This document shows, piece by piece, positions 38,591 to 53,432 of a stretch of DNA of 64,000 nucleotides. Made by a program: the position numbers and the translations under genes. The notes below the pieces were generated by a model. That model was not told where the DNA came from, did no database searches, and saw nothing but the letters and a program-made list of their open reading frames with translations. Position 1 is the first letter of the stretch. Every line of letters starts with the position of its first letter. Source of the DNA: Stegostoma tigrinum (taxonomy: Eukaryota); assembly GCF_030684315.1 (NCBI RefSeq), contig NC_081365.1, positions 23,314,062 to 23,378,061 of the forward strand, given 5' to 3'.

Positions 38591-40824
38591 ATTCAAATAA
38601 GAACCACCTTTTGTGTGAAAAAGATGCCCCTTGTGTCCTGTTCAAATCTTTCTCCTTCCACCTTTAAAATTATGGCCTTGAATTTCAAACTCCCTAGCTT
38701 AGGGAAAAGACCTTGGCTATTCACCCTAGCTCATGAATTTATACATCTCCACAAGGTCACTTGTCAACCTTCTACGCTCTATTGAAGATAGTACCAGCCT
38801 CTCCAGCTTATTTTATTCTCGTCCAGATGCTTTATGTAAATGACAAACAGCAGTGGACCCAGCGCTGACCCTTGCAGAACCCTGCTGGCTACTGACCACC
38901 AGTCTGAAAAGCAAGCCTCTACCATCGCCCTCTGTCTTCTACTATCGAGCCAACCAGAGTCTTGCACACAATCTGTGCAAGGAGTTCTGCCCATCCTAAA
39001 CCAGGTATCCTACTTTTGGATTGTGTTGCTGAGGGATAGTGTGTAGATGTGAAATGGTTGCCTTTAGGGTATTCTAGATATATTGGTGCAGAAGTGGGAA
39101 GGAGCACCATTTAAAGTGATTCTTAGGCTAGCTTGATTGGCATGGGACTATTGTGCAACTGGATGAAAGAGGTGGCTTTGGGGGACAATTGTGTGGTTAC
39201 CTGTATGGACAGGTAAAGAGGAATAATTTGCCAAAGTTGCTGTCTTTTTGGATTTAACTTGTCTTTTAGGGCCTTTTTAAGGCAGTATTGTGATGAAAAC
39301 TTGACGATAGAAGTTCAAATGTAGCTGACTCTATTCCTTTAAACAATCTAACATATACATTAAAATTAAAAATGAGATCAATCTGAAAACACAATATTAC
39401 ATAAGAGGAGAGGGATATCAAAACAGGATGTAGATACTATATTCAGTTCAGTTGTTTGAAATGCTTTCTAAAACCAATCCAATATACATTTTGTGATATA
39501 GCTCTTGACTTAGTAGTTTTTATCAACCTTCCATACACTTTGTGAGCAACGTAGTTACTAGGGAGTCTAAAATAGTTACCAAAACAGATGTGGTTATTAA
39601 GAAAGACATACAATATATAATCTAGCCTCTTGGATGTAGGGTGGGAAGCTATTTGTCAATTAATTGATCACCTGACATGGGGATGTTATCTGTCATCCTA
39701 ATTATCTGGACAATCACTTAGAGTATCGCTTTTTTGAACTGAGATTTTATGCAGCACTTCAGTTACTGCAATGCTACGTACTGCTATCACTGACACTCTC
39801 TATTTATGTGGTGGGTGGGAGGTTGGTCAAGCATCTTTGATCAAATCTTGTCATGAACAAAAACAAATTGCTAGAAAAGCTCACCAGGTCTGGCAGCATC
39901 TGTGAGGAAAAAATTCAATTAACATCTAGTGACCTTTCCAAAGAATGTCATGAAGTAATTGAGCTTCTTGATAGTTGTAGCTGGACTCAAACAAAGAAAT
40001 GGAGTGTGTTCTGTTATACTTCTGACATGTGGATAGTGCACAGGGCAATGAAGGAAATTGTCAGCCTTTCAGAATTCATTGTACCTTAAGTTCCAATTGA
40101 ATACATCTATTCACATTGCAATTCTATCTGGTGCAGCTATGAAGGTTGTTCCTTTCACAATATTTGAGGAGTCCCTTTTGCCAGCTTGTAACACCACTGT
40201 CTGGTTATCCTTATACCCTCCAAGTCTGGCTGCTTACCATGCATTTCGAATGGTAATTAATTACGTTTAATCTTCACACTAAGTGTTTGATAAGCTTTTG
40301 CAAACCCCAGAGATTTAATGGTGAGAATGTTAACTTTTGAATAAAAGGCAGCTAATCTTTCACCTGACGTGGTGAAAACATTTCACTTTGTCCCAAAAAC
40401 AGTGAAGGATAAGACTATGATTGAAATATTGGACTTAACTCAATTGATATAATTTTGTACTTGATAGAGACTTATAATATGTTGTAATTTGTTTTAATGG
40501 AACAATAGAGAAGGGAAAGAAAAGGGCAATGTGTACAGAGCCAATATTCTTTGGTCTGTGCAGAGCTACTGATTACCATGATGCAATTGCTAAAAGGAGA
40601 CTGCACAGTGGAGCTCCATCAAAATTGGCTTCTTAAAAATTGAAATATATTTATTTGCAGTTCAGATAAGGGAGGGAATGAAGTGGCCATTTTACTGTTA
40701 TAGGTCCACATCGCGTGTCCCAAAAGAAGAATGTGGAGATGATGTTGAATCTTTTAATACTACTTTCTGTCAATTACTCATCTTCACGCGAGTAGGTGGT
40801 CTAAAAAGCCTGCTCCATTTAGTA

Positions 40825-40840
40825 CCTCTAGGTGGCAGTG
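40825..40840 (+). promoter_or_regulatory. Candidate CTCF site
   Basis: CCTCTAGGTGGCAGTG closely matches the CTCF core consensus and lies in non-repetitive intronic DNA. Confidence 0.5.
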
Positions 40841-41079
40841 TGCCATAACTACATGAAATGATACATGAGAGAAAACGGCTTGATTTTTACAGGAGGACAA
40901 TACAAGTAGCTTGAAAGGAAGTATGTTTTTAAAAATATAAAATGAATTAGACAAACGAATGAATAAAATTCAAAGAGGAAAGGCTAAAGAAAATAATTAG
41001 GGAATGATCTGTGAATGCTGGAAATTTTGGCGGGGGAAAGAGAATGCTAGAAAACAAATCATTAACAGGAATAAAAAAA

Positions 41080-42935
41080 GACAAAAGAACTGCAGATCCT
41101 GTAAATTAGGAACAAAAAGTAGTTGGAGAAGCTCAGCAGGTCTGGCAGCATATGTGAAGGAGAAAACAGTTAATGTTTTGGATCCGGTAACCCTTCCTCA
41201 GAACTGTTCCTCGGAGTTCTGTAGAGGAGGTCACATTGGGAGCAGTGGATGCAATAGACCACACTGGATGTGCAGGTGAACCTCTGATCTGAAACGTTTG
41301 TTTGTTTCCTTTGGATGGAGGTGAGGGGGGAGGTGTAGGGGCAGGTGGAGCACTCCCTGCTGTTGCAGGGAAAGATGGTTTGCCTAGTGGGGAGTGTGGA
41401 ATGGACGAGGCTGTCGCGGAGAGTGTGGTCCCTACAGAAGGCAGATGGATTACAGAGGGAAATATATCTTTAGTTATGAGATCGGATTGTAGGTGGCGGA
41501 GAATGATACGTTGGATATGGAGGTTAGTGAGGTGATACATGAGGACAAGGAGGATTCTGTCTTTGTTTTTGTTGTGGGGAGGGGATTTGAGGGCAGAGAT
41601 GAGGTTGAGTGCATTTTCCACCACCGAAGGTGGGGGGTGGTGGGGTGTTACGACCCTAGAATTAAGAGGACATCTCGGAAGTTCGGGAGTGGAATGCCCC
41701 ATCTTGTGAGCAGATGAGGAGGAGCAGTTGGGAGTATGGAGTTGCGTTCTTGCAGGTAGGTGGGTGAGAGGAGGTGTAGTCTAGGTAGCTGTGAGAATTG
41801 GTTGGCTTGAAGTAGATGTCGGTTTCGAAGTGGTTACGGGAGATGGAGACAGAGAGGTGTGGGAAGAGTGGAGAGAGGTATCAGATGCTCCGGGTGAACT
41901 AGAGGCTGGTGTGAAAAGTGTCAGTAAGTTTGATGAACTGTTCAAGCTCATGAGGAGCATGAGGTAGCACAGGAATAGGTGGGGAATTGTGCCCATGCAA
42001 CAGCAGAAAAGGACTGTTCCATATACGAAGAGGCAGGCGTAGCTTGGGCCCGTATGGGTGTCCTCCTTAGTCTGTAGGAAGTGAGAGGAATTAAAGGAGA
42101 TGTTGTTAAGGGTAAAGACGAGTTCTTTTAAGCAGATGAGGGTGTCAGTGGAGAGGGACTGGTTAGGCCCGTGGGAGAGGAAGAAGCAGAGGACTTCTTG
42201 GCCGTGTGCAGGGATTGGATGTACTTGGTGAAGATGAGGTGTTGGAGGCCAAGGAATTGGAAGTCCTGGAGGAGGTGAAGGGCAAGGGGAGTTCCTGGAA
42301 TAGTGGGGACAAAAGAGTCAAGGTAAGCGGAGATAAGTTCAGTGGGGCAGGAACAGGCAGAGACAGTAGGTTGACCGGGGCAGTCGGGTTTGTGGATTTT
42401 TGGGCAGGAGATAGAAACGGGCAGTGTGGCGTTAGGGAACAGTTTGGTTGGGAGGTCACCTTAGGTGATAAGGTTATGGATGGTTTGGGAGATGATGTTT
42501 TGGTGGTCAGGGATAGGGTCATGATTGAGGGGATGGTGGGAGGAGGTGCCAGGGAATTGGCATCTGGCCTTGGTGATGTAAAGATCAGTGTGCCATACCA
42601 CAACTGCACCTCCCTTATCTGCGCGTTTGGTGAGGTTAGGGTTGGAGCAGAGGGCTGCACGTTCTGTGGGGGAAGAGGCTGAAGTGAGTGAGAGGGGTGG
42701 AGAGGTTGAGGCGATTGATGTTGCTGTGCCAGTTGGAAATGAAGAGATTGAGGGAGGGTAGGAGGCCTTTGGGTGGTATCCAGGAGAATGTGGTGTGTTG
42801 GAGGTGGGAGAAGTGGTCTTTAGAGGGTGGGTTAGACTCATGGTTAAAGAAATAAGCGCGGAGGCGGAGGAAACACTTCGCCCAAGCGTGAGTGGAATTC
42901 ATTGTGTGGGTGGAGTGGAATGAAGTTGAAGGTGA
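41080..42935 (-). mobile_element. Decayed Penelope-like element covering the RT N-terminal region to the 3' terminus
   Basis: RLRAYFF, RADKGGAVVVW and VVENALN...RIILRHLQSD remnants. Terminus 41206-41167 reads CAGTT-CTGAGGA-A-GGGTT(accg)GATCC-AAAACATT-AACTG (CpG-decayed hammerhead). Confidence 0.85.
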
Positions 42936-45900
42936 AAAAGTCAATTAACAGAAATATTCACAGGTTTTGTAATTTCTGACGTTGATGAGGTTGTTGCCAA
43001 TTTGCAGCATGCTTTCAGTATTTTTTTACAAAAATAAAAACCTTGGACCAGAAAGTTATGGTAAATATATGGTGGTGCACATAATTCTGTCATACTAATG
43101 TATACAATCAATCAACTGTAATAGATACTCATTTGTATGGTATTTAATGTCATCGTAAAATTTTAATTCATGTTTTTCTCTTTTCTGGAATTTAAAAATA
43201 ATTCAGATATGCAGTCTGCCCTATTAGATGTGATCATTTTGATTTTGTTTTAGGTTAAGCAGAAAAATGATAATGATGGGATAGCCAGATTCGCTCCTCT
43301 TTTTAATTCCTTATCATAGGATGGTAAAAATGTTATGCATTTAGTTTAAAAAAGGAGTTCACTTTTTCTAATTTATTTTTGTGAGGATGATTTTGTATGG
43401 AAGTGTGGAATTGAACATATAATTCTTGTACTTAGAAATTAGGTGAAAAGAATTAGCAACTGCAATTCAAGTTATAGAATACTTAAGTAGATGAAGAATT
43501 AAGGTGAACAACTGCAAATGACCAATAAAGGAAGCTAGAAAATTGTCAGTTAATTTAAAAAGTTTTGAACAATGGCACTCTGGTTTGCATGTACCAGTGC
43601 TCTGAGGGGGCACTAAACAAATAAACTGAAAGAACTGCAGATTTTAGAAATTGGAAATAAAAACAGAAATTGCTGGAAATGCTCAGCAAGAGTGGCAGCA
43701 TCAGTGGAGCGAAATCAGTTACTCCACAGATGCTGCCAGACTTGAGTGTTTCCAGCAGTTTCTGTTTGAAAGATGTCCGTTCGCTCAGTAAGCTTTTTCG
43801 TTGTAAAAGTCAGGCAAAGCAGAGTATTGTGGAAGTTTTTATTTTGGGCTGCCTGTCAGATCGTTCTAAGAATTTTACCTGATCTGCTCAAATGACTACG
43901 TTGGTCATGTAGCCCTTTTCCAATAACTTCTGCTTTTTGCTTGTTTCTGATCTCTAGCATCTGCTCTTCTTTGTTTTATTCTTTCTCATTTTCTTTGGCC
44001 CCCATTCCTGTGATTCAAGAAGTGGAGGGTGGAGGGGAGGTTGCCAGGGGGAGAAACTGTTGATTTACATGAGGAAGGCAGAGAAATGACTGAAGGACTT
44101 TATTCTTGGAGTGTGGGACAAAAATTCAGATTCCATGCCAGTAAATTGCCAGTTTGTACTGTGATACCAGCATGGTGTCCCTCAGGAAACGGTTTTACTG
44201 TTATGTTATTTTTGATCGAATTTTCATTTCCTCTGCAATCAAATTTAACTTTGTATTGCAGTCCCACTTGTACTGAAGTTGAATACTGTAGTTTTAAACA
44301 CCCACTGAAGTGTTGCGCAATCCACTTTCTTTTGGACTTAGTTTAATAATTTGGGCCAGTTCATTGTTGCATGTTATGTGCTTAATCATTTGATTTTATT
44401 CCAAAAGAGAGAAGACCTGTTACTATTAAATCTGTGGGTTGTTGCCAGTATATGTAATTGTGATGTTTTACTGTGAACTGTAGTGAAGTAATGTTTGTCC
44501 TTCATGAATATGTTCATGTTGCTGCAAGTCTCTTTTGAAATTCCGTTTTGTAAATAAAAGAGGAAGTAGTATTACAGTAAATATGGTGTTTTGATTAAAT
44601 AAGGTAATTTGGGCCAGTGTCGAATTGGTGAGGTGTTGTGGCACTGTTACTTTGAGTACAGATAATGAACGTGATTTATCTTAATTCAGTTTTTTCCAGA
44701 GAACTCTTGTGGTGTAGTGGTAGTGTCTCTACTTGTGAGACAGGAGGTCCAGGTTCAAAGATGTGTAATTATATTTCTGAAAGGTTGATTAGAAAATATC
44801 CAATTTCACTGGGATCTTTCAGTCATGTTTGTAGCATCTGCCGATGAAAATTATTTCAGAATTTCTGCTTACATTATAATTTTGAGGATTGTATTTTCAT
44901 TTTGAGTGTTTTGTTGAGGTATGTAGTAAAGTGCATTTTCACTGATTTGCAAGTCAGTGACTGGAGAGCATGAATGCAAGATGATCATCAGAAGTTAAGG
45001 ATCAAATTCAGACTTCTAAGAATCTATTGCATTAGGGTTTTCAAAGCCCTATCTATGAAAGTACCGAGAACCAGTATCTCTTCTCTTGAAGCTCAGTGCC
45101 AATTTTTTTTTGATCACATTCCTCTGAAGATGGTGAATTCAGAGATTCATGACCCTTTGAGAGAATTAATTCCTCCTCTTGTGAAATTTACCTATATTTA
45201 AAGGCAGAATATACTTGTAAGTTATTGCTAAGTTGGACTGTGTAATAACTTGCAAAAGATAAACAACAATTTTTTTCTTAAAAATAGAATAAATGCAGTA
45301 AGACATTAGTGAATAACAGAGGAATTGAACTCTGGCTGACACCTTCAGAGAGTCACCACAGGCATCCTGAACTAAATTGACAACATCCCTGGTGTAAGAT
45401 TGAGACTTTTGAAATCACTCATTTCAAGGCTTGAGAAATTTGCCGTGTTTAAATTAGCATGTCCAACAATCTCTCTCCTCAAGCCAGGCCATTGCAAACT
45501 GTAGGTGGTAGTTACATAGCCGAAAATCATAAGTTCAGGTCAGCAATAACTACCTTGGTAGCCAAACTCTCATAGCTGTGTAGCCCCTCTAAATCTGTGC
45601 ATTTTTATTTAATAGTGAGTATTGTCTAACCAGTTGATACTTGAGGCCAGGTTGCTTTCTTGTATAAACCCATGGAAATTTTAGGTGCTTTTTGCATTAC
45701 ATTCAAGTAGCATTCTGCCACTCTTCTTGTAAGTCTATTATCCCCTCCTTCTCCAACCTTCCCACCTATCACTGTTGCGGGTATCTCAGCACTCACTTAT
45801 TCTCTCAGGTCTGGGATCATTGCAATTTTCACGTCCTTAATTGGGTCACAATGGGAAGAAACTTGGGAAGCACTTTTTGAAACTACACAGCCACAAAGTA

Positions 45901-46019
45901 GTGTAAAATTCTGTGCAGGCCAACTGCGCAGGTCAATACCACTTAAATTGCCACGTGACTACATTAGGATATGTAAAGGGGGCGTACTCTTAAATCACAT
46001 GAATGGCTGAAGCAAGAGA

Positions 46020-46890
46020 TAACTAGGTGCAGGAGTAGGCAGTTCAGCCCGTTGTGTGCTCTGCCTTTCACGATTATGGCTGATCTCATCTCTTCCTCGA
46101 CTCCACTTTCTTGCCCACTTCTCTTAATCCTTCAACATTTTGCCAATTAAAAATCTCTCTGGCTTCTCCTTATGTTTACTTTAATATCGAGGCATCTACA
46201 CACTAAGATAGTGAATTCCGGCGATTCATGACCCATTTGAGCAAGTTAATTCCTCTTCATTTGTTTTGAATCTGGTAGCCCTTATCCTAAATCTCATTCT
46301 CGATGCTTCAAGTGAGGTAACATCCACTTTGTGTCTATTTTAGGTCCCCTTTTGCATTTTGTATGCCTTAATTAGATCCCCTGTCATTTGTCTAAACTCT
46401 AGACAGCACAAGCTTAAACTATTCCAAGTCAGTCTTCAGAAAACAAACCTCTTGCATCTGGAACTAGTCCAGTGAATCTCCTCTGAATTGCCTCCAATGG
46501 AATTACACACCTGCTCAAGTAAGGGGGCTAAAACTGTATGAAGTACCCCGGATACAGCCTCAACAATGCCTTGTGCAGGTGCAGCAACACTTCCTACTAT
46601 AATAAAAACTGAAAGAACTGCTGATGCTGTAAATCAGGAACAAAAACTGTTCCGAGGAACGGTCACTGGACCTGAAACGTTAACTCTTTTTTTTTTCCTT
46701 CACAGATTCTGCCAGACTTGCTGAGCTTTTCCAGCAACTTTGCTTCTTTTTCTTCCTACATTAATACTCTCTTCCTTTGGCAATAAATGCTATATAATTC
46801 TATTTACTTTCCTTATTACTTAGGGTACCTGCGTACTTGTTGTCTACAGTTTCTGTGCTGAAGTTTCTCTGCAGTTAGAGAATCAACTGA
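46020..46890 (-). mobile_element. CR1-like remnant with an inserted PLE-terminus hairpin (about 46600-46750)
   Basis: CR1 3' UTR-like sequence; the insert contains CCGAGGAACGGTCACTGGACCTGAAACGTTAAC. Confidence 0.6.
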
Positions 46891-47639
46891 TATCCACCTA
46901 ACTTCCCTAGAGGTTGAAATGGCTATACAGTCTCCTCAATGCTGCTCTTGTAAATCCAAAATTCCATGAGCCATTCTGTCCAATTCGACAACTTTTGTTT
47001 GTTACTATTGTCACATTTCTGGCACTTCTAGACAGTACCTGTTGTGATTAACTTTTACTTTCAGTTGTCAAAAGATAACCAGTGCTCTTTTTTTTTGAAA
47101 TGTAACCTTCAGCCAACATTCATTCCAAAAACTGTCAGGTGACAACATTGCAGTGCTGCCCAGCAATAGGAGAGAGGCTTATTGCAAGGCTTTCAATATG
47201 TCACTCGGAACAGCTCAGGATCACTGAACAGAACTTCAAAGGAGACTGAGTGAGTGAGAAAAGTCAGTAAGGATATGAGGGAGACAGATAAGCCTCCATT
47301 TTAAACTGCTGATGTTGGGACTTTATTGTGAGGAAGATAACTGAATTGCACAGGCTATCTATAGGAGAGAGTAAGTTAAGCCTCAAGTGCAGTTAGACAT
47401 TTCTGTGCTGTATGGACTCTGGTCAAGTTCTAGCCGTTAGTAGCCAGTCTGCTGTTGCAGTTGGGACTGAGGGAAAAGTCCTAGAACTTTGGTTTCAAAA
47501 GAAAGCAGGTGCCACTAACAGGTCGTATAGATGGAATGCCCAATAATGGTGTTTGCTGATGCAGTTGTGCAAGCTGGGAGCTCTTGGGGGTGAAAAATAT
47601 AACAAAGATCTAACTTGATGAAGCTATTTGTTGATGAAA

Positions 47640-48990
47640 CAGTGGGGTTGGATAAGATGAGATGCTGGAAGAGTGGAGGTTAGCTAACGTAGTGCCCTTT
47701 TTAGAAAAGGTGGTGACGAAAAGCCAGGAGACTATAGACTACTGAGCCTGACATCAGTGGTGGGCAAGTTGTTGGAAGGAATCCTGAGGGACAGGATTTA
47801 TGTATTTGGAAAGGCAAAGACCGATAAGGGATAGTCAACATGGCTTTGTGCATGGGAAATTGTATCTCACTAACTTGATTGAGTTTTTTTTGAAGAAGTA
47901 ACAGAGGATTAATGAGGGCAGACCTGTGGGCGTGATCTTTATGGACTTCTGTAAGGCGCTCAACCTTCCTCATAGCAGACTGGTTAGCAAAGTTAGATCA
48001 CGTGGAATACTGGGAGAGCTAACTATTTGGATAAAGAATTCCATTGAATGTAGCAGATGTGGTGATGGGAGGTTGCTTTTCAGCCTGGAGGTCAGTGTTG
48101 TGTCCACTGCTTTGTCATTTATATAAAGGATTTGGATGCAAATGTAGGAGGTATGATTAGTAAGTTTGCAGATTACGCCACAATTTGGGATGTAGTGGAT
48201 AGTGAAGAAGGTTACCTCACAATGCAATGGGCCCTTGATCAGATGGGCCAATGGGCTGAGGAGTGGCAGATGGAGTTTAATTTAGATAAATGTGAGTTAC
48301 TACATTTTGGAAATGCAAGTGGACCTTTTAATGGTAAAGTCCTGGAGAGTGTTACTGAAGAGAGGCATTGGAGCACAGGTTCATAGTTCCTTGAAAGTGG
48401 AGTTGAAGGTAAATAGGATAGTGAGAAAGCATTTGGCAAGCTTGTCTTTATTGGTCAGTGCATTGAGTATAGGAGTTGAGAGGTAACGTTTGGTTGTTCA
48501 GGACATTGGTTATGCCACTTTTGGAATACTGTGCATAATTCTGGTCTGCTTTCTATAGGAAGGATATTATGAAATTTGAAAGGGTTCAGAAAAGATTTGA
48601 GGGTGTTGCCAGGGTTGGAGGGTTTGAGCTATAGGGAGAAGCTGAATAGGCTGGGGCTATTTTCCCTGGAGTGCCAGATGCTGAGGGGGATATCTTTATA
48701 GAGGTTTATAAGATCATGAGGGGCATGGATAGGGTGAATAGCCAAGGTCTTTTCCTGAGGTATGGGGCGAGTCCAAAACTAGAGAACATTGGTTTAATCT
48801 GAGAATAGAAAGATTTAAAAGGGACCTGAGGGGCAACTTTTTCATGCAGAGGGTATTGCGTGTATGGAATGAGCTGCCAGAGGAAGTAGTGGAGGTGGCT
48901 ACATTAACAATATTGAAAAGGCATCTGGATGGGTATAAGAATAGAAAAGGTTTAGTGGGATCTGCTGACAGATGAGGCTAGATTAATTTG
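47640..48990 (+). mobile_element. CR1-like (HER1-type) LINE, RT region to 3' end
   Basis: Remnants DYRLLSLTSVVGKLLE, SQHGF, FMDFCKA and MISKFADYATI...LDQMGQWAEEWQMEFNLDKCELLHFG, with multiple frameshifts. Confidence 0.9.
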
Positions 48991-50792
48991 GGATATTCGG
49001 TCAGTATGAATGAGTCAGATTGGAGGGGCTCCTTCTGTACTGTGTCCTGTGAATACGCACTGCAGTGTAGTAATAACCCACTCTGTCATTACAATTTAGG
49101 ACTGAAGGAAGAAAGATAACAAGATGTAGAGCTGGATGAACACAACAGGCCGAGGAGCAGGAAAGCTGATGTTTTGGGTCTAGACCCTTCTTCAGAAAAA
49201 ATCTATCTCTAGGACTTGAAGAAATTCTCCTTGTGACTTGTCTTTTGCAAATCGTGTACTGCGGACTGTTTACTCACAATTTATTACCCATTTTGAACCA
49301 CGTTAATTCTGGGTGTTAGAAATAAATTTACCTTTTTATTATAGATGATGAAATCTTACTAGCTTGTATAGTAAAAGTTTTTTGTTCTTGGCTTTGTTAT
49401 CCTAGTACGTCGCCTAGATTTTGCCTTCAGATCTAGTTGTTTTTTGGCATAAAATTAATGTTCCTAAACCAGATTATCCTAACCTGGTCTTGTTTGGCAT
49501 CATAATAGTAGATTTTGCCATTCTGGCCTCGGATCCTAATACTGCATATTGTCTCTTGGTCTGGTAGCACTCTCGCTTCATGTTCTTGTGCTCTGCAGCC
49601 CTTGTGGTTCCTCCTAGGGTTAACTTCCAGTTATCTACCTAGGCAGTCAAAATTGTTCAAGCACTGAGCACTACCATGTCAATTCCTATGATTTCTTAGG
49701 TCTTTGCCTTTATTTCTGTCCCCTTCCTGGCCCTCTCAACATTTCTTTGCTTCTATTGTCTCCCTAATATAACCTCCAACCCCATTGTGGCCCTTGTAAC
49801 GGTATCTTTCGGGCCTGCCTTAATCCCTCAAATATCCTACCAGAATGGAAGTAATTTATTTAGATATTAAACATATTGAAAATATGGCATTTGATATTAA
49901 AGAATCTAAAAACAGGTGAAGAAACAGAATCACATCATAACAATAATGAGGGGTGCTTACAACTAAAAATGGCAGGAGTAGGAGAAAAGGAGTTAAAAGC
50001 ATACCTAGGGTCTGACACACGAATTCCAGTGAGAGGGGTATAGGTCTTATACCTAAAATAGTGTGCTTTTCAATCTCTGAAATTCCTCTGACGCTCTTTT
50101 GGTCATATTTTAGTTTTGTGTACAATGACATTTCTCCCTTGGAGAATGGTATGGGTGTTGGAAGGATATGAGCATGTACATGTTTCATTCATAACCAGCA
50201 AGTAATGGCTTGGGACTTGGACATGTGCCTTTCTGGCTTAGATATGGGTGCAACCAACTGACCCATTCTGACCCTCTTATAACTTTTCAAAACTTGGCTA
50301 GTTTATACATGGCAGGTCGTCAGGGGTTGATGGTTTGGGAGGAAAAGAAGTTGTGAAAACCTGGATGAGTTGATGTGTGTCTGTAGTTAAGTAAAATAAA
50401 GATGCTAAAGAATATAATTGAAATTTAACACCCCTTAAATAACTACCTTTTACAGAAGAGAAGAAGCTAATGAATCTGCTGCTTTAGTGTTAAGTGGTGA
50501 GGCTTGTTGTATTACTAAAACTTGGTGGTATACTTTAAATGATGGTGAGGAAGGGCATGAATTAAAACGTGTCATTTAGAAAGTAATTAGCTACCTGGAG
50601 AGTAGGACTGAATATGACGCATGGAGTGTATTTTGGGAAATGTGCAATTATCATATTTTCACCAAAAAAAATGGAGTGTTCTAAATGATTGGGAAGTGTG
50701 TGGACCCAAAGAGGGATTGTACTTGCCATACAAGGAGTGCAATGAAGATTTGTCACACTGATTTCTGATGTAGCGTGATTGTACAATGAGAA

Positions 50793-51110
50793 TTTTAAAA
50801 TTTATTCATGGGATATGGGTGTTGCTGGCCAGATCAACATTTATTATTGCCCAGAGGGCAGTTAAGAGTATAGCTGCCCTCACCTAGCCTGGTTGATAGG
50901 TGATAGTAGATTTCCTTCTTTTAAAGGCCACTATCCAACTAGATGAGTTTCTCTAGTAATCTAGAACAGATTAATGGTCATCTTTCAACTCTTAATTCCA
51001 CATTTTATTGATTACAAATTCCATTATCTGTCATCGCAGTTCCCCAGAATGTTATCTGTGTTGCTAGATTAATAGTTGAGCCACTAATACATTAGGTAAT
51101 CACCTCTCCT
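50793..51110 (-). mobile_element. SINE (family of 14012-14340), decayed
   Basis: Similar to 18722-19072. Confidence 0.6.
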
Positions 51111-53322
51111 AATGATTGAGACTGGATTGCTATTCTATGGAGACTTGAAGATTGACACACAATCTAATTGAGATGCACTTGATTCTTACTGGACTCAACA
51201 GGGTAGATGCTTGAAGGATAGTCCTCCTGGTTGCATTCTCAGAATCAAGGAAGACTGTCTCAGAATAAAGAGTGGGCCACTAAGGACTCAGGAATTTCTT
51301 CAGTCAGTGTGATGAATCTTTGGAATTCTTTACCTCAGACGTTGCAGAGGCTTGGCCGTATTCAAGTGGAGGACTTCTAGGAGTAGAAGAAGATTACCCA
51401 TGATCTAATTAGCTAGCAGAGTAGGCTCAGGGCTGAAAGTCTATTCCTGCTCCTATTTCCTCTGTTTCTAATTAGAAATCCTGTATCTAAATCGGTCATG
51501 CACATTTGTGTCTTGCACTCTGGATGAGTAAATATTCAGTTTAACAGTTAGTTGCTTTTCTAGGTTTGGAATATCAGAGCAGAGGAAATTACTTCCATGG
51601 TGATTTCATCTTTCACTTCTGGCAGGCTAAAGTGCAGAGCAGTTCCGTAACATCTAAGCACTTGTTTTGCTGCTATCTCCAATCTTCTAGTGGAAATGGT
51701 CAAGAACCTCTCTTCTCTGCTTTGCACAATGATTCATTACATCATAATTTTCAGCATATTAATTTGTTGACTTGGAATGTATAATTAATGTTGATATTTT
51801 ACTGAACAGTTGTGACCATGCTTAAAACCGCAAGCTTCTAACTTGATAGGTAAGAGTGAAGGTGTTAGTCTTGGCTTGGTAACTCTTATCTCTGAGACAG
51901 GAAGTTGTGGGTTCTGAATCTAGGTTAATATTTCAGTGCTGTACCGATGATGTATTTCAGAGAAGATATTACCAGCAGCGTCATCTCTCTTACACAGCTT
52001 TAAGCTTCCAATCAACATAATTAAAATGGATTGTTTGTTTTTTATTTTTACTGCACTCGCACAAAAGACATCTCCAGTTTGACCTCTCTTCTCTTTTGTT
52101 GTACCAGCAATTACCCCTCGCTTGATTGGGAAACAGGTTGAGCCATCCAAAGAAACATGGAAGGTCCTATATAAATTCAAGCTCATTCTTCTGTGCAATG
52201 GTGTCAAGGCATTTAGATCAAATATTGATATCGACAACCAGAACATAGCTTCAGTTGTTTGGGGTTTATATTTTTCAACTGGTATGAGCACTGACCTTTA
52301 TTTTGTGCATGAATAAGGAAAGAGTAAATGCAAACCACCAGTAGCCTTGGTCTGAATCTTTTAGTGTTGCATCAGGTACTGGCCCTTACCATCAACACAA
52401 CATGCTATCATGTTTACTCTTCAATTATTCCCCCTACAAAACTGCTGTGTTTGGCACCCACCTCATACACTCTCTTGTCTGCCACTCAATTTCCCAGTTT
52501 AGTTATTTTGTTACACTAGTTATAAATTGCATGTATTTCTCTAGGCTCTGGACTTCAAAACTGTCATCCTCTAATACTGTCCCTCTTAGCTTGATTCTAC
52601 TCCGTATGCTATTGTAGGTTTTTGAACCTTCGTATTTGCTTCTCGTCCTCAGCTACGATTCTGTAAATTTCAGTCTTCCAAGGTTCCGTACTTAATTCAC
52701 CCTATCTCCTGCATTTGTTTCTCTGTACCGTTATCTTTGTCTGTCCCATTTATGTGCTATAATTAATCCTGTTTCATTACACGTTGTCCATTCTGAAATA
52801 GCCTGATGTTCTGGTTCTAGAACTTGTCCTAAGAAGCTGACCTAAATACATATTTGTGGACTCCTCCAGCTGTTTCCAACAGTTTTTTTATCCAAACTGT
52901 ATGAGGATTAAAATTCCTCACCTCAAGTACTGTGGATCTTACAGTACTTAGTTAATGCAAACTATTTAACTGTCTGTCTGCCGAGGAGAAGCCATGGGAA
53001 GGATGGTGATAAATGGCCATGGTTGAATATGATGCGCGCAAATGCGTTCTTTCCAGGAGTGAGTGAAATGCTAGATAAGAGATCAATAGTCCTCTCTACT
53101 TGTTTTTTTTTTCCCCCATCTTCCCTTCTGAAGATTCTGTGGTCCATATGACTATCTACACCAAGAAATTAGTTTACAGTTGAATTATTAGAGAAGCTAT
53201 TTCTGATGTTTCTAAATGCCAACATGTATAATTCTTTTTTAGAATGGAGTTGATACTTGTCTTGCTATTTTAAACTGAAATCAGTTGTATTACTTAATCT
53301 CATGTTATATTAAATTTTGCAG

Positions 53323-53432
53323 TTCTTCACTGGTTGGTGGATAATTGTAGATGCTGCAGTGGTTTACTCAAAAAATGAATTGAATCCAGCTTTTCACACG
53401 TGTGGAGTCATGTCGACTGTTGCTTTTTTCAT
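53323..53432 (+). CDS. TMEM50B: TMEM50B coding exon 2
   Basis: [36 protein letters not shown](M); ttgcag acceptor, GTAAGT donor; 110 nt, frame-compatible with both neighbours. Confidence 0.95.

Noticed and set aside
51564-51790. Possible extra TMEM50B exon (ttttctag acceptor, 72-aa ORF)
   Set aside because: The flanking TMEM50B exons already join in frame into the known protein, and the peptide has no TMEM50 similarity.
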